64,000 nucleotides of DNA from Barthelona sp. PCE. Its lineage: Eukaryota. The stretch covers positions 1 through 64,000 of the forward strand of contig JAUFOR010000002.1 of assembly GCA_040285745.1 (NCBI GenBank). Reading direction: 5' to 3'. Position numbers and translations under genes: made by a program. Positions 1-11,813 of the stretch are shown in pieces. The notes beneath the pieces were generated by a model. The model was not told where the DNA came from. It did not search any database and worked only from the letters and a program-made list of their open reading frames with translations. The stretch's first letter is position 1. Each line of letters opens with the position of its first letter.

Positions 1-3000
1 CATTCGATCATTATGCCCCGCACACGGGCCCAAGCTGTCCCCCCACGACACTGTGTTATCATTATATGCATGCCACGACGCTATTTTCATGGTTTCGTGC
101 GTTTTGCAACTGTGTCGTGTTCTGTCGCTAAAACTGACAAGTAGTGTGGTAGAATATCTCTACCGACAGTCACAGCTCAACCTTGTGACCCTTTCTCTTC
201 ACAATACATTATCAGATACATTTTCAGATACTGTAGACTCACCTCCCCCCACTTCCAGAGTGGACTTATGATGATGATTATTATTTGTATGAAGAGCAAG
301 AAGTATCTAGGACTCCTCCTGCAGCTTATGTAAACTGATCCAGAAATAGAGAGGGTATATGAGGAACTCGAAACAATGTTAGCCAATCCAAGTGATACTA
401 CGCCACATAGTCCTTTGCAAACAATTATGTATTTTAAGGAAGATGTCAAGTACCAACTAACAGAGTTCGGTGAGCAGATGTTGTCAATAATTCAAAGGAC
501 GAAAGTTTCTTCAAACAACAGGAGAGCCCCGTCCATAGAAATAATTCGACAAAATGTTCATGATCAGTGGAGTGGCTTGTGCACTGACGCAGATTGGTTG
601 TCTTTACGCAGTATTGAAGGTGAGAAGATGGAAACCGTTGGTGTACGTCTTTCAAGCCCAGGTACACGAGGACAACTCGTTATTGCACATGCTATCCTGA
701 AAGTATGCAGCACTGGTGTTGATGCAAACGAGATTGTACATGCTATCAATGAGAAGTTTGGAGACGAGAGATTCACACATTTGGATGACACTATAAGGAG
801 TGTCGCTTCTGAGGAAAAGGAAGATGAGCGTTGCAGGATTTTACATCCGGCAGCAATCAATTTCGTTAGAAGTGTGTCTTGTATGAAATTCAGAATGGAC
901 TCGCGTGGCCAGAATGTTTATCATTGGCAGAATGTAGAACCGTTCACGGATAATTTCTATTTCGTGATGTTTGCGTTTATCAAGGCCTGTTTGGAATTCA
1001 ATGGAAGTAGAAAATTAAAATTGTCTCTTCCCATGTTTTAGTAGTAGAATGATTCCTCTACTCAGTCATATTTTTTAAGGTGGAAAGTGATCCAGAATCG
1101 CATGATCCTGTCTTCCAAGAAGTTGGAGCGCCAGCATTGGTTAACCGGAACCAGTCACAGTCACATACATTGGATGTTGACCCGGTAGATACTAACCCGA
1201 CGCCTTCAATTCCTGTTACGAGCAGTGTTACCAACCAAGCTCCTCCTATTATGAGCAATGTTACATACCCAGTTTCAAGTTCTCGTATGGAATACACTTT
1301 CCCCATTTTACTGTACGACCCGCTGGTCCGATTCAATCGACTTTGTGCAACTGACGGTAATAGCGAAATTGCTGAGAGAAGAGTTGCTGAAGATTTCTTT
1401 TGGAGAACTTCTGGGCGCTTATTGCGCTAATCCACCGCGATTGCCTCAGTGGCAGAGCGGTAATATTGAAACACTTGTGAGAATCAAGGAGTTTGTCAAC
1501 AAATTGTCCGGGGTCCTGGCTCTACATTCTTTACGACCAGACCTAGACAAAGACGATGCTCTAGAAGTTTTTTAATGAGTTTGTTTTTCAGAAAGTTATC
1601 GAGAACCAAGATAATTTAATTGGTGATAAGAAATCAAGAAAGCTATATTTCTGTGTCCTGAAGATTGGTTTGTTAATACGGAATACTCCATTACGTGAGT
1701 CTCAACGATGTATAGGCGAGGCTCTAATAGTTGCAGCTTCTGCGCTATGTTTTGGTAAGACGCCGAGGCAACGTTCCAATCAGCCATCCGTTGAGTCTAG
1801 GGAGTCTGTAAGCCTTCGTATGAAGAAGTACGCAGACGCCAACCAACCAGGAAAGGCCATAAGGCTAGCAAAGAGTCAAGGTACCATGCCTTTATCAGAT
1901 ACTAACGTGCTGGAACAGATGCAATCAAAGCATCCAGTCAGTGCACCAGTTTCTGATGCGATTCTGCGCGAAACCATGAGTTCTTTCAAGAGAGGTGAGT
2001 GGGACCCTGAGGAATTCATAATATCGAAAGATATGGTGTATGAGACCACCAAAAAAGTCAAAAAGTACATTTCTGCCGGTGCCGATGGAGTGATGCCATA
2101 TTTACTTAAGTTATTTGTGGCTGAAATCTATCGTAACGATCGCTACATGGATGCTTTTACTCAAGTTATCAATGATTATGCGTTCGGATCGCGCCCGTGG
2201 GCCCTTTGGAATATCCGACTAATTGCTCTTAACAAAAAAAGCATGTGGAGGAGCTTCAAGAGGGTGAGCATATGCCTGTACGCCCCATCGCAGTTGCCTC
2301 TGCACTCGGTGGTATCGCTGATAAGATCATCGCGAGTCAAGATCTGAAGTTTCAGTCTGAACGTGTCAAAAAAGTACTTGTTTAAACACAAACAATTCGG
2401 TGCTGGGATGCGGGATGCTACTGCTCTGGTCGCAAACCTCGTGGATGTTAATCTAAAGCGAAGTGATCGTAATGTTGCTCTTGTTATTGACATTGCTAAC
2501 GCCTTCAACAGCGTTCGTCGTGACAAGCTGCTGCATATTGTCGCTGCACATGCTCCTTGGTGCTTCCAAGCATATCATCAGATGTGCAAAAGGCCAATTC
2601 CGATTTGGTCGAATGGAGAGCGCCTTCCTTTTGATAGTTGTATGGGCGTGTTACAGGGTAACGCAACGTCTCCGTTGTTGTTTGCTCTTCTTATTGCTGA
2701 AGTTTTGAAGGATACGAAAGCCGTAGCCCCAGATTCAGTCAATATGTACGCGTATGCTGACGATATTTATATTGTTGGTGAACCATCAACTGTCATGTCA
2801 ACCTTTGATGTAATCAAGGGTAAGCTCGAGTTCTATAACCTGAAAGTGAACGCTGAGAAGTGTGAGCTGGTGGGGTATGGAGCCGGGAGTATTGCTTTCG
2901 CTTCAAGGATATTTCCAAGAGGTGAAGAGCAAGAGAACATCGCTACCCACAACTTAAGCTTAGCTTTTTATCAATTGTTAGGTACTCAGATTGGCGACTT

Positions 3001-4700
3001 TAATGTTAGTCATGCATGCGCAAGATTTAGCAATGGCGTCAAACAACTTCTCGAGTATATAAGTCCAGGGACAGCTTTGTTCAAGTATCTTGCTTCTATG
3101 TCGATTGATCAGATGCTCATTCATCACGTACGCTCGGTGACTCTCACTGAAGATGCAGTTGATGATATGGAAAGGACCATCAAACAGAATTTACTTCTTG
3201 AGATGATTCCTGGAGCCGATGAGTTATCGATCGATGAAGCTCCAACTCTCCGTTATCCTTTGTCTCTTGGTGGGACTGGTTGTCTAGACTTTGTGTTTCT
3301 CCACAAAATAGCTGACTTGGCAAGTACCGCTTCGGTAAGTAGCTCAATCAAGCGTTTCAATTTGATTGAGTGGTCGGATTTCACTAGGCTTAGCCCACGT
3401 TATTTGGCCGCAGCTAGATTCAACTATGACAAAGATAACAAACCCTACTTTATGCCGGATGCTCATTACCAAGATGAGGATTGCCAACACAAACTTGTGG
3501 AAGCAGTTTCTCTTAACAGTGAAACAAAGCATGAATTTGCTTCAAATTTACTGTGGCTTGCCGTAAACTATGGGCAGCACACTCAGATGGAGTCGTACGA
3601 TGTTGAGATCAGTATGGCTACTAATATTGTGCGTCAAAAAGCAAACTACAAAACATTCTCACAAAACGTTTTTTCGAATTGTTTGATTATGCGATCAAAC
3701 ATTGTCGTTTCCATCCAGAATCATTTATATCCCGAGACGCCTTGATGTCTCAGCGTTCTGTTGCCTGGTCACTCGATGCTACCGTCGCCACATGGCCCCA
3801 AAGGTCAGTTGCCAATATTCATTCAATGTTTGATGAGCGTTACATGTTTGGTTATGCTTTTAGCCGGTATATACCAATTGTTGTTCCCTGAACTTCGCGA
3901 AATGTACGCCTCTGGGCGGTGCAACTTCTGTGGAGAGAAGGTTTTGGACAGAAGAAGTCATCATTATTCTTGTTCAAAAAATCACGGTCTTGTCGTCAAA
4001 CTGCACAACAACATTCTTGAGAAAACAGTTGATACTGTTCGAAAATCAGGAAATGCTCATATTTTCAACTTGGATAAGCCAATTCCTAAAAGAAAGTTTG
4101 AGGAGTACAGTGACATACATCGTGTACAATTGGGTTGGACACATGAACGGTACGAAAGTGGTGAGTCGTGCCCCAATCGGAAAGAACGTAAGCGACCAGA
4201 TTTTGCAATACTGGAAGCAAGCGGACCCAAGGTTGTGGTGGATGTTATGACTACATCGCCGTTCACGAGCAAAGATCGAGGTCACGTACGTGCAGCCTAT
4301 TTTTACAAGAAGCTAAATAAGTACAAAACTTTGATGACCCGCCGGTCAAGATTATGGCCGTTGCGCACGGAGGAGCCATTTGGGATCCGATGTTAGGGAA
4401 CCGACGTCGAAGGCACGCGAGAAATACAATTTCGAGCTAGCTTACACGTCGTGGGAACAGGTGCTCGAGTCGTTGAACGAGAGATCAACGTCGCAATCAA
4501 TTAAGACCAGTGGAACGAAACTTAAAAAAGGTCTTAGCTACCATCTATTTGCTTTTCACGCTTATGCTATGAAGAACATTATGAGGGCAGCAAGGAGCAG
4601 GCGTAGAGTCTGATACTAACAGTTAGCAGAAGACCAAGGAACAGTACATACGAGAATCCGGGACAGCTTGCTCGAAAACTAATAAACTATTTACTACAAA
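1..4700 (+). mobile_element. Non-LTR retrotransposon, CRE-like clade (single ORF: RT, CCHC zinc knuckle, restriction-like endonuclease); 5' end may lie outside window
   Basis: RT motifs in order: SAGADG, RLIALNK, RPIAV (in an unlisted frame, ~2281-2295), QFGAG, DIANAFNSV, GVLQGNATSPLLF, YADD, VNAEKCE, LLG, PLSLGG. Then CNFC..HHYSC, LHNNI, RPD..VVVDV, KLNKY. ORF pieces join at homopolymer runs. Stop at 4613; AATAAA at 4681. Confidence 0.9.
376..4613 (+). CDS. Retrotransposon polyprotein, reconstructed across ~10 single-base homopolymer indels (listed ORFs 376-1041, 1080-1430, 1258-1575, 1670-2347, 2363-3745, 3679-3891, 3761-4396, 4380-4613)
   Basis: Changing one base in T4 1036-39, T6 1071-76, T4 1398-1401, T6 1568-73, A7 2234-40, A6 2368-73, T6 3669-74, T4 3858-61, A4 4325-28 and G3 4382-84 gives one continuous frame with the expected motifs. 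Confidence 0.75.
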
Positions 4701-4769
4701 ATGAAAAAATAGACCAAGATTTTTGGTCTAGGCGCGTTTCGGCGGAGTTTGATTTGTTTTGACCATCTC

Positions 4770-5240
4770 AAAAATATTAGTAATAAAAATGTTAGTAAAC
4801 GGAGATTTCTCGCCAATTATTCATTTTCTCCCTAATATAATTCATTAGCGCCTAATAAAAAAATTCGCTCGTGCTCACTTTCAGCGAATTGCTAATAATG
4901 ATATTAGTGAATACCAAAAGTTGCGTATCACAAAAAAATCTTAACAATAGTGATGCGAACTCAAAAAGTTCACTAACACAAATATTAGCAAATACTAAAT
5001 TCCACGTGAGTATTAGAAAGAATTGCTAATATATTATATTAGCGAAATCAGAATAAGGTTCATTCCTGATAAAATCATATATTACAGTTTGCATTTGATA
5101 ATGTCAATTATATATATCACATCTAGGGTTTATCGTGTCAATGGTTTACAAAACTCAACTCACACTAAATACTAATAAAAATATCAGCAAACCCAAATTT
5201 CCACGGTAGCATTTCTCTCATTTTATTAGCAGACTTATTA
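4770..5240. repeat. AT-rich tract dense in CTAATA/TATTAG motifs, palindromes and degenerate direct repeats
   Basis: GCTAATATA-T-TATATTAGC 5025-5043; GCTAATAATGATATTAGT 4891-4908; GAATTGCTAATA at 4886 and 5020; similar 26-mers at 4981 and 5180. Confidence 0.6.
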
Positions 5241-5809
5241 GGGGTAACTTTCTAGTTGAGAATTTCTAAGAGCTCATTTCTCCTCTTAAGAATTCGCGCT
5301 CTCAATCAAAATTGGTCTCCACGCATAAGAAGCACATATACTAACACTAAACTTGATTGAAATGAGAAAATAGCCACGCAGCGCCGAGAAAAAACGTATC
5401 TTTTTTTCCATTAAGATTCCACTCGCAGTCCTGCTACACGCTGCAATACATATCAATGTATATCAACCCCATCACGACGTAAATATGCACAGAGCATTAC
5501 AGGTGCGTGCAACATTTTTTTCTTTCTTTGAGCTCAAATTTATTGCTATACCAGAGCTGCACCACTTATAAGTACATACAGACCAATTGCACAACACATT
5601 AAAATAGCCAGAGATGCCGCATGCATGAACCTGCAACTGTATCTCTGTATGCACCGAGCTATGCCAGGCTTACAACGGATAAACGCATACACAACACGGT
5701 AATATGCTCACTCAAAAAAAATTCAAAATGCTGCTCCAACCAGTCACGACAAAAGAATACTTTCATTTCTGTTTTCAAAAAAGTTTAAACTTAATATTCA
5801 CGCATTTAT

Positions 5810-6445
5810 TATCGATATAAGACAACGCTGGGGTCACGCTGTACCAACTTGACGGTCTCAGCAAACTTTGATTCCACTGCTGCAGTGCATATTCATAATT
5901 GCCATCAAGTTATTCTCACTATTCACTGTCCATGATGATGCAAATCAATGATGAGAGACATTGTGTCACTGGGATACTGCAAAAACATATGAAATATCTC
6001 AATATCCCGATTCCACATAAAGAAATAGAAAACATTAAAACACAACATTCTCTGAGTGATACTCTCTGAGTGATTAAATACAAATCTGAAAATTAGTGAT
6101 TTGTAAGCATATGCAGTTGTACAATATTCTTATGAAGCATCCATATCGTACATCCATTTGAAACGATACCTTGGATAAAAAATAGAATTTCGATTCTCCC
6201 TCTTATTATTCAATTTTTAAACCTTCGTCTCTTTCAACAAACATACATCAGTCGAACATCCTGTCAGCAACCGGATCTCTTCCTATATGTCACCAAAATT
6301 GGTATCTTTGGCGACAAGATTGGCATCATGACTTTCGTAATGCCACCAAAAGAGTTGTATCTGGATAATTCAAGTCCAGCACACACTCAAAAGGCGTTTG
6401 GACGTCGATATCATCGTCCTCACGTTCGCGATTTACGGTTGGCAT
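5810..6445 (-). pseudogene. Possible degraded intron-containing gene
   Basis: MPTVNREREDDD.. start at ~6445, frame breaks and stops, GTATGT donor-like site at 6246, coding-like tail ..AAVESKFAETVKLVQRDPSVVLYR* near 5810-5885. No family recognised. Confidence 0.25.
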
Positions 6446-6866
6446 CGTGTGAATCAGGAAAATCTGATGAGAATTAGGCTGAAAATTTGGAAACAGAAGT
6501 TTTGGCGAGGTCCAGCGGCCAGCGGCGCATGCAGCGGTGTTTACTGAATGCTTATGCATGTGCAATGAAGCACGTCCCAAAAGGCGGCTGCTGCGAGCCG
6601 TACCCACAACGCAGCAAAAAAGTGCCCCACAATCAAAACAATGCCCGAAAGCGTCCAAAATCTTACGTGCTACGCGCTACAAGAGCCCTGCAAACCACAT
6701 CAACAAAACTGTGAGCGGATAGAAATGCGAATGCAGTTCTGTTTCATATTCTCGCTTTCTGTTTTCGCTTCACGTGTATTATATCATCTATATATGCCAC
6801 TTACAAGCACTAATATTTAATATATATATGCTATCTCAATATTCACCTACATCATCACGGCTATAT

Positions 6867-8975
6867 ATGCCTAGGGTTCGAAAATTCGAGGACGACCTTA
6901 TCATCAATGCTTATCCTGAGGGGCAGATGATATTTGAGGGAAAGGGCGTAGTATTGCTTCAATCAAGAGAAAACATCAGCCTCATTGAAAGCGCCATTGA
7001 AGGCAAGTACTTTGTTGGATATGTGGAGGATACGCGTAAGCCTCTTAAGTACACATCCAAATTAAAAGCTGGAGAATCTTACATGATCATCAAACAGCTA
7101 CTTGGTGACCATAATATTGTAACCCATCTTGATATCTTATTATTTGATCATATCATGAGTGATGAACATACAAGAAGGAGAATACCCTTCCCATTTGAGA
7201 TGAACAACTTTATGAGGCAATGCAGCAGAATATTTCCGATGGATGAAAACCACTTACTATTCACCATTAGTGATACCGTTAATAACAGGCAAGTGAGGCA
7301 GTGCTACATATTAAATGTGCTAACCGAGGAATATAGATGTCTTGAAGAGTATGGCTCTCAACCAACCATTAATTCAAACTACAATTTGTTAGAGAAATGC
7401 CAAGATAATTCCATATGGCATTACAATTTTTCTGTTGATGACATGGACGAGGCACATGAACCTGATATTGAGCAGTTGGATGGTATTGATTCAAGATGCA
7501 TCATGTGGTGTTACAACTCGGATTGCACTTGTTTTGTTAGCTTTGACGGATATAAAGTTGATGAACTAATAATATTTGATGCTCAGAGGAACCAAGTTAA
7601 CTTGACAGAAAGGTTTCCACAGCTTAAAGGATTGTGTATTAACAGAAACTCAAATTTTGCATTATTGACGCTCACTCAAGATGTTTTGTCAATGGTATTT
7701 ATTGGATCAAGTTTTACGGTGATTCATATCGAAAACGGTGAATTGAAGATGTCAGAGGGTAAACTGAATTTTAAGAATGTACTCTGCGATGGCTGGAAGC
7801 ATATAGACTTGAACGATAATTACTTTCGTGATGAAGATTGTGTTTTTTATGGTGTTGATGAAATAACAGGACGTTATGGCCCAATCAAATTTAGAGAGGC
7901 TAGTAAGGAGGTGTTTCGTTTGAACAGTCTTCACCCAAAGAAAATGTTTTTTGATGGAATAGCGGAAGTGTATGATAATAACGCTTCAATAAGATGTTAC
8001 TTTTTTTTCAAAGAAAGGAAGCTTATTGTGCTGCGTGGGTGTAGGAAACCGTTTTCACATACGAGCTGCGAGATCCAATCAGTTCAACCAAATGAAGCAG
8101 GTGATTTTATTGTAATAGAAGAAGTGATACGTAGTGAAGTAGTAACTACATATGTCAAATTATGCTGGAACGGCTCAGAATCCAAGCCAATCACAACCAT
8201 TTTGCCTCATTGTGGCTCTGAAAACCGTGATTTCATTCAAGGGTTGCCATTAAATGTTGACCGTGGTCTGGTATATTTGGGAGAAAAGATGATTTTGGAA
8301 TTTCCACCGAATATTCATGTTGAAAGTGTTCATTGTTCACATTTTGATAATTCAGCGTGCATTGTATTTTTTGAAGCAATCCATTTTTTTCAGCTCAATG
8401 TCAACGGGTATGTTGTGGAGGTTCAAAAGCACATTGTTTTTGAACCTGGATATGTTGAACATGTTTTCTTTAACCCTCGTCCATTGGCTGAAACACCTGA
8501 TCATCAGCTGTTTGTTGTACATGAAGATGATGAAGGTTTTGAAACGCAACATTTACACTGTCTTGATTGGTCAACAGGAAGCTTCTTAGAGCCTGTTCAC
8601 CTTTGGAAGGGATCATATGATGATGGAACGGAGGAAGGCCACAGTTTCCTTAATTTCGTGGGTGATTCATACATACAGGTGAGGGGTGGTATCATTAAAG
8701 TATACGTTGAAGATGATGCAATTGAAACACATTTTTTCACAAACAATAATTTCCCTTATGTGAATATAAGCCAAAATCATAATCTGCCTAATAACACTGT
8801 TCAGGAAGTTATTTACGAAGGAGAGACCAAGACAATGGTGCTGAAAACTTACAATATTGAGGAAGACCCGGAATCGATCAATCCCACAGTGGAATCGTTC
8901 CACCTTCCATCGTTCCTGGCTGAAGCGTCCATCGTTGAGTACCGCATGCCCGATTATCATGAGCACAACGTATAG
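6867..8975 (+). CDS. Hypothetical lineage-specific protein (~702 aa, beta-rich), likely paralogue of 9919-11803
   Basis: Long intact ORF; likely start MPRVRK at 6867 (upstream ATG possible); AATAAA after stop. Confidence 0.8.
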   Translation: MPRVRKFEDDLIINAYPEGQMIFEGKGVVLLQSRENISLIESAIEGKYFVGYVEDTRKPLKYTSKLKAGESYMIIKQLLGDHNIVTHLDILLFDHIMSDEHTRRRIPFPFEMNNFMRQCSRIFPMDENHLLFTISDTVNNRQVRQCYILNVLTEEYRCLEEYGSQPTINSNYNLLEKCQDNSIWHYNFSVDDMDEAHEPDIEQLDGIDSRCIMWCYNSDCTCFVSFDGYKVDELIIFDAQRNQVNLTERFPQLKGLCINRNSNFALLTLTQDVLSMVFIGSSFTVIHIENGELKMSEGKLNFKNVLCDGWKHIDLNDNYFRDEDCVFYGVDEITGRYGPIKFREASKEVFRLNSLHPKKMFFDGIAEVYDNNASIRCYFFFKERKLIVLRGCRKPFSHTSCEIQSVQPNEAGDFIVIEEVIRSEVVTTYVKLCWNGSESKPITTILPHCGSENRDFIQGLPLNVDRGLVYLGEKMILEFPPNIHVESVHCSHFDNSACIVFFEAIHFFQLNVNGYVVEVQKHIVFEPGYVEHVFFNPRPLAETPDHQLFVVHEDDEGFETQHLHCLDWSTGSFLEPVHLWKGSYDDGTEEGHSFLNFVGDSYIQVRGGIIKVYVEDDAIETHFFTNNNFPYVNISQNHNLPNNTVQEVIYEGETKTMVLKTYNIEEDPESINPTVESFHLPSFLAEASIVEYRMPDYHEHNV

Positions 8976-9064
8976 TTCACATGGTCAATAAATGCATGGA
9001 AATTATCCTTTAATTCAATTTTACTGAGAAGAAATTCTTTTCTGAAGAATGTCAAATTTCATAT

Positions 9065-9328
9065 TTACAGGGTTGGAATGTGGATAAAACCATCTAACTT
9101 ACTAACTTGATGTGGTTCATCACATGCATTTGGAGCTGAAGGTTCCAAATCCACCTTCACAACAGCAGTTTGTTGATTCAGTTGAGCTTGTAGTTCAATA
9201 ATTTGTGCTTGCATTGCTTTAAGAGTAGCATCATTCTTTAATTTCTCACTTTCATTTGTGTACACTTCATCTTCTGTTGTATCCGGCTCATAATCAGAAG
9301 GTGGGTTGTATCTGTATGGTTTCTCCAT
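9065..9328 (-). CDS. Short acidic/coiled-coil hypothetical ORF or gene fragment
   Basis: MEKPYRYNPPSDYEPDTTEDE..LKAMQAQIIELQAQL; protein-like composition, no family recognised. Confidence 0.3.
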   Translation of the reverse strand: MEKPYRYNPPSDYEPDTTEDEVYTNESEKLKNDATLKAMQAQIIELQAQLNQQTAVVKVDLEPSAPNACDEPHQVSKLDGFIHIPTL

Positions 9329-9369
9329 CAAAACACTATATTCTGAAGAAGAAGAATTAATCAGTTTAC

Positions 9370-9668
9370 CCACGGAATGTTCTTGTTTTCGACAGTGACG
9401 GAAATCCTGCGAGCTATAGGTACTGACGTTGAAGCCGCACAGTTTGAGAACTGGCCCTGGGTACGTCAGTGGTGGGGACGGACGGCTACAGGTCGGGTGG
9501 TTGCTGAGTGACATGAGCACACGCTCTAGAGTGACGTTTTTTCGCTGGGAAGAACAATTGCGTTCATTTACGCCCTGGACAGAACAGACATTTCAAAGCT
9601 CGATGTGCTTATGGACTGCGCGCACTCTGCAATTATCAGCGCTGCCAAGCACACGACGTCCATCTGAG
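9370..9668 (+). pseudogene. Protein kinase pseudogene remnant (subdomains VIb-IX)
   Basis: PRNVLV at 9370, SVVGTDGY at ~9466 and SDVFSLG at 9530, in kinase order and spacing, with stops and frameshifts. Confidence 0.55.
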
Positions 9669-9918
9669 GCCGTCGGTGTACGAGCTTATATCCCACGAGT
9701 GGTTCGCGGTGTAGTAATCATGTAAATAGTAATCGACATTGCTGAAAATTTGAGTGAATACCTTACATACAGAATGACTACGCATATTCACTTTACAACA
9801 AACTTTTAACTCACAATATTTACCAAGGTGCATGGTGGCCCATGTGGGCTTGACAAAACCGATTTAATACATCAAACAACGCCAATTTAATCATTTTCCT
9901 ATTTTCCTCTTTCTTAAC

Positions 9919-11803
9919 ATGCCTCGAATTAAGGGCAATATAACCTCTGACAATGGGACAATTCGCAGTTTTTCCAATGGGTCATTTTTGTTTGAACCCA
10001 ATAAAGGTTCATTTTTGAGAAGTAGGCATCATTTATGCACTAATGTGAACAAGAAAGTGGAGATACCATTCCCTTCTTCATCGTTTTATAAGTGTCATGG
10101 GTCAAAATTGTTTGCTTCAGTTCAAAAGCTTAATGAAAATAATGAAATTGTATTCTATTCACTAAATGATGAGATAGTCGAAGAGGTGGGCCGATATACA
10201 CTGCCGATTTCGTTTGATATCAATGATTTGCAGTGCGTCTGTGCTGATAGATTTTTACTGTATTGTGATAGAAATAGTAGAGATACACATTACTTCAACC
10301 TAATGACTTCAGAGTCCTTTAATCTTGGTCGCATTGGTACGCCTGTCAATGATAGATCTGCTCCTTTTTTTTTGGACTGCAAATAGCACTGTCTATGTTC
10401 GATTTGATATTCAAAATAATATACACTTGGAGCGAACAGGGCACACTGATTTGGAAAATTTGTATTACGTAATGAACTCGGGTACCTATCATGTGATTGA
10501 GCTGGGTGATCAACACATTCACATGTATGGAATTGATAAACATGGTTGTTTCGGCAAGTTAGCAACGTACCCTCCTCTTAAGCTCCCCAACAGACTAATT
10601 CAGTGTTGTTTTCAGTATGAAAATCATATTTTTATTCAAATCTCTTCTCCAAAATTTGATTCCATTGCTTTCTCTCTAGACCCAAGCACAGATGATCTCA
10701 CCATTGGCATTGGAACTTGTCTACTGAGGCAAATAGTTGGTATAGATGGAAAGTTGTACAACGTAAGCAACCGTTGCTTTACTCCAATCGATATTGAAAG
10801 GAGTACTAGTGGAGTGTTTGGTTTGTCAGCATCAGGTATGTTACAGGACAGAATAGTAAGTATGAGGATGATGCCTTTGCTTTATAACAGCAATTGCATT
10901 TTTTCTGTCGACATTTTGAATGAAACTCCAAAAAATTTTTTACTGATGTTCAATGACATAGATGCGCCAGAACTAGTCTTTTTCAAACAGATTTATTCCG
11001 CAAAATACGGTAGAGTTGTTACGTATCACGCTGAAAAACACAAGGATAATTCGATATCATATTACGTAGATAACGAATGGTGCAAAACAAGCAATGTTCT
11101 ATACTCTGCGTGGTCTGATGATGTTTATGTTCAGAGGAACGAGAGAATATTGTACATTAACGATGAGATGGTGACTCTGGAAGAATACGGCATCGTCCAC
11201 GTTTACGATGAAACAATTTGGGTACATATGCATCATTTCATTGGAGTAGGTGCTGCTATTGAGGGGAAATTGCACTTTTTTTTTATCTATGCGCCATGTA
11301 CCACGATGAAACTGTACATCAATCCTTTCAATCCTCTTTTTGCTATTACAAGAACTGCCAACAGTGTTCAGTTGTGGTGGTTTGACAAGGAGACGCTTAG
11401 ACTTGTGCCAATCACAATTTTTACTGGTCATATATCAGTTGGGAGGAATTCTTTGTTAAGAGATGTCCAGTTCATCAGTATGAATCTTTTTATTGTTCAG
11501 AGTGTTGTATATCGCTTTTCTGATGGAGAAGCATCTGTTATCGGTAGTATTCCTGTGATAAACGGTAAGGAGATTAGTGATTTGGAGCTGTTTCCTTCAA
11601 AACCTTTTTTACTGTCAGCAATCTGTCCTTCTCTTGATGGATTGGACATAGTTAAGCACGAAATGATCTTTGATGAAGTGGGAACTCCAACTACGGTGCA
11701 CAAAAGATATAGTGTGAGAGATGCTCTTGTTAATTGCGAATGTCTTGTCTTCAGTTCAAATAACATCGAGGATTCTTACATTACTTATAATCCCATATCT
11801 TAG
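9919..11803 (+). CDS. Hypothetical lineage-specific protein (~627 aa), split by one homopolymer indel
   Basis: ORFs 9919-10386 and 10325-11803 join by removing one T of T9 at 10365-73. N-terminus MPRIKG..FLFE..KG resembles the 6867 gene. Confidence 0.75.
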
Positions 11804-11813
11804 AGTTTATTTT

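Noticed and set aside
6326-6722. Overlapping short ORFs in a GC-richer patch
   Set aside because: No recognisable products; probably a promoter region or relic.
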